64,000 nt of DNA from positions 223,634,001 through 223,698,000 of the forward strand of contig OZ024743.1 of NCBI GenBank assembly GCA_964016885.1, read 5' to 3'. The notes below the pieces were generated by a model, which worked only from the letters and a program-made list of their open reading frames with translations, was not told the DNA's origin and made no database searches. This document shows positions 48,772-59,168 of the stretch, one piece after another. Positions within the stretch are counted from its first letter, which is position 1. Each line of letters starts with the position of its first letter. The position numbers and the translations under genes are program-made. Source of the stretch: Eledone cirrhosa. Lineage: Eukaryota.

Positions 48772-50784
48772 TTGTCTCTCTCCCTCCCTTCTTTAAATGT
48801 GTCTCTCTCCCTCCCTTCTCTTTCGCAAGTGACGAAAGAAAAGAAAAGTCTCGTGCAAAGCGTGCAAGGTTTCTCCACGACGACGACGACAGCGACGAAA
48901 CAGGTGTGCGGGAAATACGAAAACCCAGTTCATTCGTCTGACGTCAGGAATAATAGCAGTAGCAGCCGTAATAACAACAGCAACAGTGACAATGAAAACA
49001 ACAGTAGCAGCCGCAACAGCATCACCAGCAGCATAAACAACAACAGCATTAGCAACAGCAACACCAACAACAACCACAGCAACAGCGGCGGAGGCAGTAG
49101 TCGTAGTACCTGCAGCAACAACAAAAGTACCAGCAGCTCTGACGATAACAACAACAGCAGAGAAAAACCAATCTCATTTGCAGGTATTGCGAAAAACTTG
49201 GAAACAATCCTCATAACAAATGAGGAATTAGAGGAAGCGAAGAAGATGGTGACAAAGAACGGACACCGAGCAATCTGCAAGGCAGCGAAAAATTTTTTCG
49301 AAACCCAAGAGCACTGTACGGTCACGTACCGTACAGTAAGTACAAAATCCCGTAGGGTGGAAAGAGCCACAGAGGCCCAAATACAAAAAGCCTTGGGGTC
49401 TGTGTGGCAGCGGAAAACGCACATCACCCGAGGCAAAAAATACGCCACCGTAGATGTACTTTTTGCCACACCCCAGGAGGCAAAGGCCCAATCAGTAGTG
49501 ACCCTAAGGAGCGAGGAAATGGTGTTGGTGCCCTCCTACTGCGGGCAAAAAATTGTGAGGGTCAAACTGACCCACGTCCCCCCCGGAATGACCCCTTCTT
49601 GGCTGGCCGCGTCTGTCCTCGTCGGAATCGAGGACAAAACAACTGTACTGCAAGTACAGAAAAAAGTAAGAGAAGATTGGGTCGGCTCCTCCATTGAGAT
49701 GCTAATCCAAACCAACCAGGAGTGCATCGAAGCTATCCCGGATGTGATAGACTTCGATAACGGCACTCAACTGCCCATAAGTGTTGAGGGCAAACGCCCG
49801 AAATGCTTTCGCTGTGGATCGAAGACTCACCTCAGGGCCTTCTGCAACGAGAAGACCCTGAGAAAGGAGAAAACCCCCCTCCTTCGGAATCCGGCTCCAC
49901 GGCTACCAGCAACAGGACAAGCGGCAACCAGGAACGATAGGTCCGTGGCACCCATACCCACTCCACGGAAATCAAAGACAGCAGCAGCAGTGGAAATATT
50001 ATCAACAACAACAGCAATACCAAATGCAGCTGCAACAGAGACTCCAGTGCAAACATCACCAACAACAACAAGTGAAAGAGTGGAGCTGGTACCCCTCCCC
50101 GACCTTACAGAATCAGACATGGAGTGTGAGGTGGGAGAGGGATGGCAAAAGGTCGCAAGAAGGCACAAACGCAGAAGCAGCGCATCGTCGCCTTTGAAAA
50201 GGGAGGAAAGAAATGAGAAAAGGGTAAAGTCTACTGCAAAGAGACCCACAGCAGCAACACCACCAACACCATCACCACCCACACCAGCACCACCATCACC
50301 ACCGGCGACAACCCCACCGCCAACAACACCTTCAACACCACCACCACAAGCACCAACATCGCAAACACAACAACAAAACACACACACCCAGCAACAACGA
50401 CAAGAAAATAGCAGAACCACACCCCACCCCCAGAAAAACAAATGCACGGCAATAAACACACACAACAAGAAACTAATGACTTACATAATTGAACACACAG
50501 ACATTTCACAACAGGACTACATAATACCAGCACCAATCAAAACGCCAACTAACATAAGACTGCTAAAAATAGCACAGAAACAATACACAAACATTAAAAC
50601 GAAATTCCCCAACGCAGTTGGTGATTTCAGGGACCTAGGAGGAACCATTAATCGAAGAGTATATTCAGACATTCTCTTAGAAGAGCCGACGACCAGCCGA
50701 AGGGACGATTCAACGGTCCCTTCACCAGACGATCAAGTGAAAAGGGATGTAAAAACCATCCCTCCTCTACCAAAAGTACGGTAA
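48772..50784 (+). CDS. LINE ORF1 (nucleic-acid-binding, CCHC knuckle); frame open from ATA at 48688, which is ATG in copy D
   Basis: CFRCGSKTHLRAFC zinc knuckle, RRM-like central region, N/S- and P/T-rich low-complexity tracts, basic RRHKRR. Confidence 0.85.
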   Translation: MSLSLPSLNVSLSLPSLSQVTKEKKSLVQSVQGFSTTTTTATKQVCGKYENPVHSSDVRNNSSSSRNNNSNSDNENNSSSRNSITSSINNNSISNSNTNNNHSNSGGGSSRSTCSNNKSTSSSDDNNNSREKPISFAGIAKNLETILITNEELEEAKKMVTKNGHRAICKAAKNFFETQEHCTVTYRTVSTKSRRVERATEAQIQKALGSVWQRKTHITRGKKYATVDVLFATPQEAKAQSVVTLRSEEMVLVPSYCGQKIVRVKLTHVPPGMTPSWLAASVLVGIEDKTTVLQVQKKVREDWVGSSIEMLIQTNQECIEAIPDVIDFDNGTQLPISVEGKRPKCFRCGSKTHLRAFCNEKTLRKEKTPLLRNPAPRLPATGQAATRNDRSVAPIPTPRKSKTAAAVEILSTTTAIPNAAATETPVQTSPTTTSERVELVPLPDLTESDMECEVGEGWQKVARRHKRRSSASSPLKREERNEKRVKSTAKRPTAATPPTPSPPTPAPPSPPATTPPPTTPSTPPPQAPTSQTQQQNTHTQQQRQENSRTTPHPQKNKCTAINTHNKKLMTYIIEHTDISQQDYIIPAPIKTPTNIRLLKIAQKQYTNIKTKFPNAVGDFRDLGGTINRRVYSDILLEEPTTSRRDDSTVPSPDDQVKRDVKTIPPLPKVR

Positions 50785-50819
50785 GTGGTCTTTCCCATCT
50801 TTTCCACTCTATTTTAAAC

Positions 50820-53800
50820 ATGACCTCACTCAGAATAGGCAGCATAAATGCGCGTGGCTTGGGGTCGTCATGGAAGCAGGGTCACCTGCTCAACGACCTC
50901 AGGTCACTAAACATAGATGTAGTGGCCATCAGCGAGACCAGAATCTCCGAAGCACGGGCCTTCGCACCGATCTTCGGCGGCTACGATGTGTACGCATCTC
51001 CCAGCCGTCCTGGATCGGGTGGAGGAGTTGCTGTGCTTTTTCGGAGAGGTTTGGATCTCGCCATACGGGCCATCTTCCTGGACCCAGAGGGTAAGCTGGT
51101 GGTGCTGGACGTGACCAGCGGAGACGGGCAAGCTTTCAGGCTAGTGGCCGTCTATGCCCCGACAGGAGCAGGGCGGCCTGATTTCTTCCGGCGTCTGGAG
51201 ACCTTTCTTGGAACGTCGCGCTCTTTAGTGTTAGTGGGCGACTGGAACGGGATCTTAGATGCACGCTGGGACTGTGTGGGATTAGCGGATAGGGGTGGAG
51301 GGTGCAAGAGCCTCACCAACCTGCTCAGGCGTTTTGAACTGTCTGACAGGTACCGATTGGATTTCCCGAATGTGCCAATGTGGACTTGGACAAACCGCAT
51401 AGGGTCATCCAGATCATATCTAGATAGAGTATTTTGTAGGGAAATAGATAGGTCTAGCATAGGCTGTCCACAATTCAAGATAGTCAGCTACACGGACCAC
51501 AAATTCGTGATCTGTGTGCTTGACCTAGATAGGCTTCATAGACGAGGACCCGGCTACTGGAAGCTAAACGCGTCCTTACCAGCGCGCAAGGCCTACAGAG
51601 ACCGGATTAGCGAACTAGTTAAGCGGGCGTTGACGGGGGCCATCGTCAACAACAAGTGGTGGTTTGCTCTGAAAAGAGCGATTAGAATAGAATCGATTAG
51701 GTTTAGTAAGGCTTTAGCAATAGAGAAAAATAGAGCAGAGGGAGAACTAGTTAGAAAATTAGACGAGGCGCTTAGCAAAGGCATTGCGACCGACGTGCTT
51801 GCGGCGAAATTGGCCCTTGACCAATTCTTCAATGCAAAGCACGAAGGCTGCGTTGTCAGAGCTAGGGTGCGTGCTCTCAGACACGAGGGGACGAAAGCCG
51901 TTCAATGGGCCCGAGTGGCGGAGGCGCGTCGTGGCAACAAAGCCACGATCCGGTCTTTGGTGGACCACGACGGGCGCATGCTACTCGATCCCGGGCAAAT
52001 GTGTGAAGCTTTTCAGCGACACTTCGCTCAGCTGTTCGGGGGCAGCGGGGGGCCGGGTAGAGGGATGGACTTTAGTGTCTACCTCGACGGACTGCCGCGG
52101 CTCTCGGCCACTGAGGCGAAGTGTTGCGAAAAGCCGATAACAGCCGCTGAAGTACGGGAGGCAATGACTGGCTGCACAAGGGGTAAATCGCCTGGTTTGG
52201 ATGGTCTGCCCTATGAACTTTACGTACAGATGCCAGACTTGTTCGGAGGCCTCTTGGCGGACGTCTACTGCAACTGGCAACAGAACGGGAGAATTCCCAG
52301 TTCTGTGAGCCGAGGAGCGGTGGCACTGCTGAGAAAGGATCCGAACAAGGGGGATAACATAGACAATTTCCGGCCCATAACTCTGCTAAACACAGAGTTT
52401 AAGATTTTGGCCAAGGTGCTAGCAAAGAGGTTGGCGCTTGTCGTTGGTGGTCTGGTGGGAGAGGCGCAGACATGCGCCATTCCCGACAGATCCATCCACG
52501 ACAACCTCCACCTCATGCGATACATCGTAGAGAGGGTAGCTAGGGAACCTGGCACGGGTGGGTCCTTGATCAATTTAGATCAGTCGAAAGCTTTCGATAG
52601 GGTCGACCATCGTTACCTAGCGGCAGTCCTGAGGGCGGCTGGCTTTGGGCCCGTCTTCAGAGGCTGGATCGCTGCCATGCACAGCGACATCTGCTCTGTG
52701 GTGAGAGTGAACGGTCACCTGTCGGAACCGTTCAACATCACGCGCTCGGTCCGCCAAGGATGTCCCCTCTCGTCCCTCTTGTACGTATTGACTCTCGAGC
52801 CATTACTGCACAAACTGGAGACGTTGAGGGGAGTCCCGCGCGAACTAGGATGCGGAAGATCCGTGTCAGCATATGCGGACGATGTCACCGTAGTGGTGTC
52901 GAACGCCAAACACATCGAGGCGATCGGCACTACACTAAGAGAATACGAAGCGGTGACAGGAGCAATGATCAACCAGGAAAAGTCAGTGGGCCTGCAGCTC
53001 GGCACCTGGAGAGGCAGGTCCATGCCGTCCAACAGCGTCGTCGGGCGCTGGACGGACGGACCGGTTAAATTGCTAGGGGTCTGGTTCGGTCCGGACCTCC
53101 AGACGGACAAAAACTGGGACGAGGTGACGAGCAGGGTGGCTTCTCTCACCCAGAAATGGGCGGAGAGGAAGCTATCCCTGAAAGGTCGAGCGGAGGTGGC
53201 TAACGCGTACATCGCGTCTGTCATCTGCTACCGCCTAACCGTCGTACCTTGTCCTAAGCCTCGCCTGACTGCGCTGGAGCGTTTGCTCTTTCGCTTTTTG
53301 TGGAAGGGACGTGCTCCGATGGTCAGGCGGTCCATCTGTTGTCAACACCCGCTACGTGGAGGGCTGGGCATGCCGTGGCTGATGATGCGCAGGCACGCGC
53401 TCAGGCTACGACATCTCCACCTCTTCCTCGACGGTGATCAGGTGTGGTCGCCGTTTGCTAGACGCGTTTTTCCCCAGCTCGTTTCCTTGACGGAGCTGCA
53501 GTCCTGGGTCAAGCGAAGACCGAGAGGGAGCGCCTGGAGACTGGAATGTCTTCAGGCGCTCACAGCCCTCGACCAATCGGGCAATGTGATCGGTGGAAAC
53601 TCCACCTCGGCGTTCTATAGAGGATTAGTGGAGGGGAAGAGCGACGACGTACTTGGGGAAACTCTAGGCGTCGACGAAAATCAACTAGCCAATCTCTTCG
53701 GAAGAACTTTCGGGCCAGGGCCTATGGACAACTTCCAGAAATCTCTGGCCTGGCAGTGCTACCGAGGAGCCTTGCCAGTTCGGGATAAACTCTACAGGCA

Positions 53801-54239
53801 TGGAGGTGCCGTCAGCCGGGCATGTCCGAGATGCGCGCAGGGCGACGAAACCGTCCTGCACGCACTCGTCCAGTGTCCGAAAATTGCTGACTTGTGGGTT
53901 TATGTCGAACACCTGCTGTCGCGTTTAGGACGGATCCAGCTATCATCTGAGTCTATCGTGAGGATTGCCCCGCCCTCCTCCTTTAGCCGGGAAGGGCAGG
54001 CAGTTTTTATCTGTCTGGTGGCCATGGCGAAAGAGATAGTATGGTGGACACGTTTGAAAGGGCTGAAGACGAGCACTTACCTCTTCGGTGATGCTCTGAT
54101 TGACTTTTTCAAATTTCATTTGAAAAGGAAAATCAGAGTAGAGAAGGAAGTGCTCTCTTCCCAGCATTTTGTTGAAAGATGGGTGAGAGAAGCAAGAATG
54201 GCCCGAGTGAATGGGCCAACTCTGAGTATATATCTGTAA
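50820..54239 (+). CDS. LINE ORF2: APE endonuclease + reverse transcriptase + C-terminal zinc finger (L1/Tx1 clade), 1139 aa, intact
   Basis: SINARGL, ISET, VYAP, GDWN, LDR, TDH (APE); KSPGLDG, FRPITLLN..KILAK, LDQSKAFDRV, VRQGCPLS, YADDV (RT); CPRC..ETVLHALVQC. Confidence 0.96.
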   Translation: MTSLRIGSINARGLGSSWKQGHLLNDLRSLNIDVVAISETRISEARAFAPIFGGYDVYASPSRPGSGGGVAVLFRRGLDLAIRAIFLDPEGKLVVLDVTSGDGQAFRLVAVYAPTGAGRPDFFRRLETFLGTSRSLVLVGDWNGILDARWDCVGLADRGGGCKSLTNLLRRFELSDRYRLDFPNVPMWTWTNRIGSSRSYLDRVFCREIDRSSIGCPQFKIVSYTDHKFVICVLDLDRLHRRGPGYWKLNASLPARKAYRDRISELVKRALTGAIVNNKWWFALKRAIRIESIRFSKALAIEKNRAEGELVRKLDEALSKGIATDVLAAKLALDQFFNAKHEGCVVRARVRALRHEGTKAVQWARVAEARRGNKATIRSLVDHDGRMLLDPGQMCEAFQRHFAQLFGGSGGPGRGMDFSVYLDGLPRLSATEAKCCEKPITAAEVREAMTGCTRGKSPGLDGLPYELYVQMPDLFGGLLADVYCNWQQNGRIPSSVSRGAVALLRKDPNKGDNIDNFRPITLLNTEFKILAKVLAKRLALVVGGLVGEAQTCAIPDRSIHDNLHLMRYIVERVAREPGTGGSLINLDQSKAFDRVDHRYLAAVLRAAGFGPVFRGWIAAMHSDICSVVRVNGHLSEPFNITRSVRQGCPLSSLLYVLTLEPLLHKLETLRGVPRELGCGRSVSAYADDVTVVVSNAKHIEAIGTTLREYEAVTGAMINQEKSVGLQLGTWRGRSMPSNSVVGRWTDGPVKLLGVWFGPDLQTDKNWDEVTSRVASLTQKWAERKLSLKGRAEVANAYIASVICYRLTVVPCPKPRLTALERLLFRFLWKGRAPMVRRSICCQHPLRGGLGMPWLMMRRHALRLRHLHLFLDGDQVWSPFARRVFPQLVSLTELQSWVKRRPRGSAWRLECLQALTALDQSGNVIGGNSTSAFYRGLVEGKSDDVLGETLGVDENQLANLFGRTFGPGPMDNFQKSLAWQCYRGALPVRDKLYRHGGAVSRACPRCAQGDETVLHALVQCPKIADLWVYVEHLLSRLGRIQLSSESIVRIAPPSSFSREGQAVFICLVAMAKEIVWWTRLKGLKTSTYLFGDALIDFFKFHLKRKIRVEKEVLSSQHFVERWVREARMARVNGPTLSIYL

Positions 54240-54464
54240 ACTAAAGGTGGAAAACTGGGAGAGGGCACTTGCCTTGGTGGTCAGGGTCATTGTGGCTTTT
54301 TACTGGGCTTTCTCCACAAATGTCCCTCCGAAGTCTCCCCCCTATTGGGGAATTTTTCATTGTTATTTTCATTGTTATTTTTGTTACATCCTCTGTTTTT
54401 GTTTTTTTACACGCAGAAATGCCCATTTGTAACTTTATGTAAACCCTTGTGGTTAATAAAGAAA

Positions 54465-54517
<53 letters not shown>

Positions 54518-54518
<1 letters not shown>

Positions 54519-54706
54519 CAACGCCGGAACCGCTGCCATCAGAAACAGAGCAGTCAGCGAAAAAGTCGGGAGCTTCTACAGAGAGTAGGAATACAACGTC
54601 CGTGGCACCCACACCAAAGCCACGGACAACAAAAATAGGGACGGCAGCTGCAGAAACAGAAACAGTTGCAGTAGCTGCACCTGTGTCAAGAACGGCAGAC
54701 CAGGCT

Positions 54707-54737
<31 letters not shown>

Positions 54738-56785
54738 AGACAATGAGAGGGTAGAACTCATATCCCTCCCCGACCTCTCACAGTCGGACATGGAGTATGA
54801 GGCAGCTGAGGAGTGGAAAACGGTTGTCAACAAAAAGAACAAACGCAAACACACCACAGCTTCTCCCTCCAAAAGCGAAGGCAAAGAAAGAAGGATAAAG
54901 ACTGCAAGGAGACTTGTAGCAACACCACCACCATCACCATCACCACCACAAGCATCACCACCAACAACAACCACACCACCACCAGCATCACCAAAAACAG
55001 CAACATCACAAACACAACAAAGCACACACACCCAACAGCAACAACAAGAAAACAGCAACAAAACCACCCCACCCCCAAAAAGGTACACAGCCATAAACAT
55101 TGCACACCAAGGACTAATGGAACATATAAAACAACACACCGATATTTCAGACGTAAATTACCACACCCCACCAACATCAAGAACATTACCAAAAAACATT
55201 AACATTATGGAAATTGAACTCGAAGACTACAAACAATTAAAACAAAAATTCCCCAAACGCAGTTGGGGATTTCAGGGGGTCACTCTCCAAGAGAATCTAT
55301 AAAGATATCGTTTTGGAGACAGCCATGTCCAGCCGAAGGGACGGTTCTACTGTCCCTTCACCACACGATCAATGTAAGTGATTCTTTCTCACTTACCCCG
55401 TTGCTCATCCAACATGGCCGTACTTAGAATAGGCAGTATAGATGTACGTGGCCTGGGGTCATCTTGGAAGCAGGGTCACCTGCTCAACGACCTCAGGTCA
55501 CTAAACATCAGCGAGACCAGAATCTCCGAAGCACGAGCCTTCGCACCGATCTTCGGTGGCTACGATGTATACGCATCTCCCGTCGTCCAGGATCGGGGGG
55601 AAGGGTTGCCGTGCTTTTTCGGAGAGGCTTGGATCTCGACATACGGGCCATCTTCCTGGACCCAGAAGGTAAGTCGGTGATGCTGGACGTGACCGGCAGC
55701 GAAGGCAATGCTTTCAGGCTAGTAGCCGTCTACGCCCCAACAGATGCAGGACAGCCAGATTTCTTCAGACGTCTAGAGACCTTTCTTGGAACGTCCCGCT
55801 CTTTAGTGTTAGTGGGCGACTGGAACGGTATCTTAGATGCACGCTGGGATTATGTGGGGCTAGTAGACAGGGCAGGAGGGTGTAAAAGCCTCAACAACCT
55901 GCTCAGTCGTTTTGAACTGTCTGACAGGTATAGACTGGATTATCCGAATGTGCCAATGTGGACATGGCCAAACCGCATCGGGTCATCCAGATCGTATTTA
56001 GATAGGGTATTCTGTAGGGAAACAGATAAGGCTAGTGTAGGTTGTCCACAATTTAAAGTAGTCGACTACACGAACCACAAATTTGTGATCTGTGAAGTTG
56101 ACTTAGATAGACTCCATAGGCAAGGGCCCGGCTACTTGAAGCTGAACGCGCCGTTCCCGGCGCGCAAAGCTTACAGAGACCAGATTAGCGAATTAGTTAA
56201 GCGTGCGTTGACGGGTGCGATCGTCAACAACAGGTGGTGGTTTAACCTGAAAAGGGCTATTAGATAAGAATCGATAAGGTTTAGCAAAGGAGTAGTGATA
56301 GAGGAAAATAGAGTAGAGGGAGAGTTAGTTAGAACGCTAGAAGAGGCGTTTAGGATAGGCATCACAACCAACGTGCTTGCGGTGAGATTGGCACTCGACC
56401 AATTCTTCAACGCAAATCAGGGTGGAGAGGCAAGTGCTGTCTTCTAGTAAGTTTGTTGAAAGGTGGGTGAAAGTGGCGAGTCTAGTCCGAGTGAACGGGC
56501 TCGCTCTGAGTATAAGCCTGTAGACTGAGGAGTGGGAAAAGTGCGAGAGGGTGCTTGCTCTGGTGGTCAGGGTACCCGTGGTCTTTTGTGTGGTTTTCAC
56601 CACGAGTGACCCTCTGAGGTTTCCTCCTTCTTGGGCAATTTTTGTTGTTTCAATTTTTTTGGATTTCTAGCCCGATTTTGTTATAATCTGTTTGCACGAC
56701 CAAAACCCACTTTGTATCGTCCTGTACTGTTCTGTGCCGTCTCTAATGTTTTTCTTGATGTCAGCCCTTGTGGCCAATAAAGAAA

Positions 56786-56823
<38 letters not shown>
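54518..56823 (+). mobile_element. Diverged, 5'-truncated and internally deleted Tx1-like LINE copy C
   Basis: ORF1 3' part and frameshifted APE domain, then a jump at about 56415 to the last ORF2 codons; 3' UTR and (ATT)n. Confidence 0.9.
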
Positions 56824-57036
56824 GAATGCCATGGTTGACGGAGGCTCGGCTCTGTAAGGTATAGTAATTTTTAACCGTTAAAACAATTGTAAATTGTTTA
56901 AAACTTGAACCAAATTGTTGATAAAGACACCCTCCTCCTCGTGAGAGGGGTCTTTCTGTCCGTTATTTGGCCCTTCGGGGTTAAATAACCAGTTATTGGG
57001 GTTTTGTACCCAAAATTTCATTTTAAACAAAAAAAC

Positions 57037-59133
57037 ATGGCTACGAAAAAGAAATTTCATACGTCACTCCCACTCATTCCGTCTTCTTCTTCCTCAATCA
57101 TCACTACAGCAGAGAGAAGATTGTCTCTCTCCCTCCCTTCTTTAAATGTGTCTCTCTCCCTCCCTTCTCTTTCACAAGCGACGAAAGAAAAGAAAAGTCT
57201 CGTGCAAAGCGTGCAAGATTTCTCCACGACGACGACGACAGCGACGAAACAGGTGTGCGGGAAATACGAAAACCCAGTTCATTCGTCTGACGTCAGGAAT
57301 AATAGCAGTAGCAGCCGTAATAACAACAGCAACAGTGACAATGAAAACAACAGTAGCAGCCGCAACAGCATCACCAGCAGCATAAACAACAACAGCATTA
57401 GCAGCAGCAACACCAACAACAACCACAGCAACAGCGGCGGAGGCAGTAGTCGTAGTACCTGCAGCAACAACAAAAGTACCAGCAGCTCTGACGACAACAA
57501 CAACAGCAGAGAAAAACCAATCTCATTTGCAGGTATTGCGAAAAACTTGGAAACAATCCTCATAACAAATGAGGAATTAGAGGAAGCGAAGAAGATGGTG
57601 ACAAAGAACGGACACCGAGCAATCTGCAAGGCAGCGAAAAATTTTTTCGAAACCCAAGAGCACTGTACGGTCACGTACCGTACAGTAAGTACAAAATCCC
57701 GTAGGGTGGAAAGAGCCACAGAGGCCCAAATACAAAAAGCCTTGGGGTCTGTGTGGCAGCGGAAAACGCACATCACCCGAGGCAAAAAATACGCCACCGT
57801 AGACGTACTTTTTGCCACACCCCAGGAGGCAAAGGCCCAATCAGTAGTGACCCTAAGGAGCGAGGAAATGGTGTTGGTGCCCTCCTACTGCGGGCAAAAA
57901 ATTGTGAGGGTCAAACTGACCCACGCCCCCCCCGGAATGACCCCTTCTTGGCTGGCCGCGTCTGTCCTCGTCGGAATCGAGGACAAAACAACTGTACTGC
58001 AAGTACAGAAAAAAGTAAGAGAAGATTGGGTCGGCTCCTCCATTGAGATGCTAATCCAAACCAACCAGTAGTGCATCGAAGCTATCCCGGATGTGATAGA
58101 CTTCGATAACGGCACTCAACTGCCCATAAGTGTTGAGGGCAAACGCCCGAAATGCTTTCGCTGTGGATCGAAGACTCACCTCAGGGCCTTCTGCAACGAG
58201 AAGACCCTGAGAAAGGAGAAAACCCCCCTCCTTCGGAATCCGGCTCCACGGCTACCAGCAACAGGACAAGCGGCAACCAGGAACGATAGGTCCGTGGCAC
58301 CCATACCCACTCCACGGAAATCAAAGACAGCAGCAGCAGTGGAAATATTAACAACAACAACAGCAATACCAAATGCAGCTGCAACAGAGACTCCAGTGCA
58401 AACATCACCAACAACAACAAGTGAAAGAGTGGAGCTGGTACCCCTCCCCGACCTTACAGAATCAGACATGGAGTGTGAGGTGGGAGAGGGATGGCAAAAG
58501 GTCGCAAGAAGGCACAAACGCAGAAGCAGCGCATCGTCGCCTTTGAAAAGGGAGGAAAGAAATGAGAAAAGGGTAAAGTCTACTGCAAAGAGACCCACAG
58601 CAGCAACACCACCAACACCATCACCACCCACACCAGCACCACCATCACCACCGGCGACAACCCCACCGCCAACAACACCTTCAACACCACCACCACAAGC
58701 ACCAACATCGCAAACACAACAACAAAACACACACACCCAGCAACAACGACAAGAAAATAGCAGAACCACACCCCACCCCCAGAAAAACAAATGCACGGCA
58801 ATAAACACACACAACAAGAAACTAATGACTTACATAATTGAACACACAGACATTTCACAACAGGACTACATAATACCAGCACCAATCAAAACGCCAACTA
58901 ACATAAGACTGCTAAAAATAGCACAGAAACAATACACAAACATTAAAACGAAATTCCCCAACGCAGTTGGTGATTTCAGGGACCTAGGAGGAACCATCAA
59001 TCGAAGAGTATATTCAGACATTCTCTTAGAAGAGCCGACGACCAGCCGAAGGGACGATTCAACGGTCCCTTCACCAGACGATCAAGTGAAAAGGGATGTA
59101 AAAACCATCCCTCCTCTACCAAAAGTACGGTAA
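57037..59133 (+). pseudogene. ORF1 of copy D, disrupted by GAG>TAG at 58069-58071
   Basis: ATG at 57037 (MATKKKFH); otherwise nearly identical to ORF1 of copy B. Confidence 0.85.
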
Positions 59134-59168
59134 GTGGTCTTTCCCATCTTTTCCACTCTATTTTAAAC

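Larger units (their letters stand above)
48473..54517 (+). mobile_element. Full-length L1/Tx1-clade LINE copy B
   Basis: 5' UTR starting gaatgccatgg, ORF1, 35-nt spacer, ORF2, 3' UTR with aataaa and (ATT)17 tail. Confidence 0.95.

Noticed and set aside
48793-54290. Many antisense or alternative-frame ORFs over the LINE (and over the RTE at 39987-41735)
   Set aside because: Shadow ORFs of GC-richer coding sequence; their duplication only reflects the duplicated element
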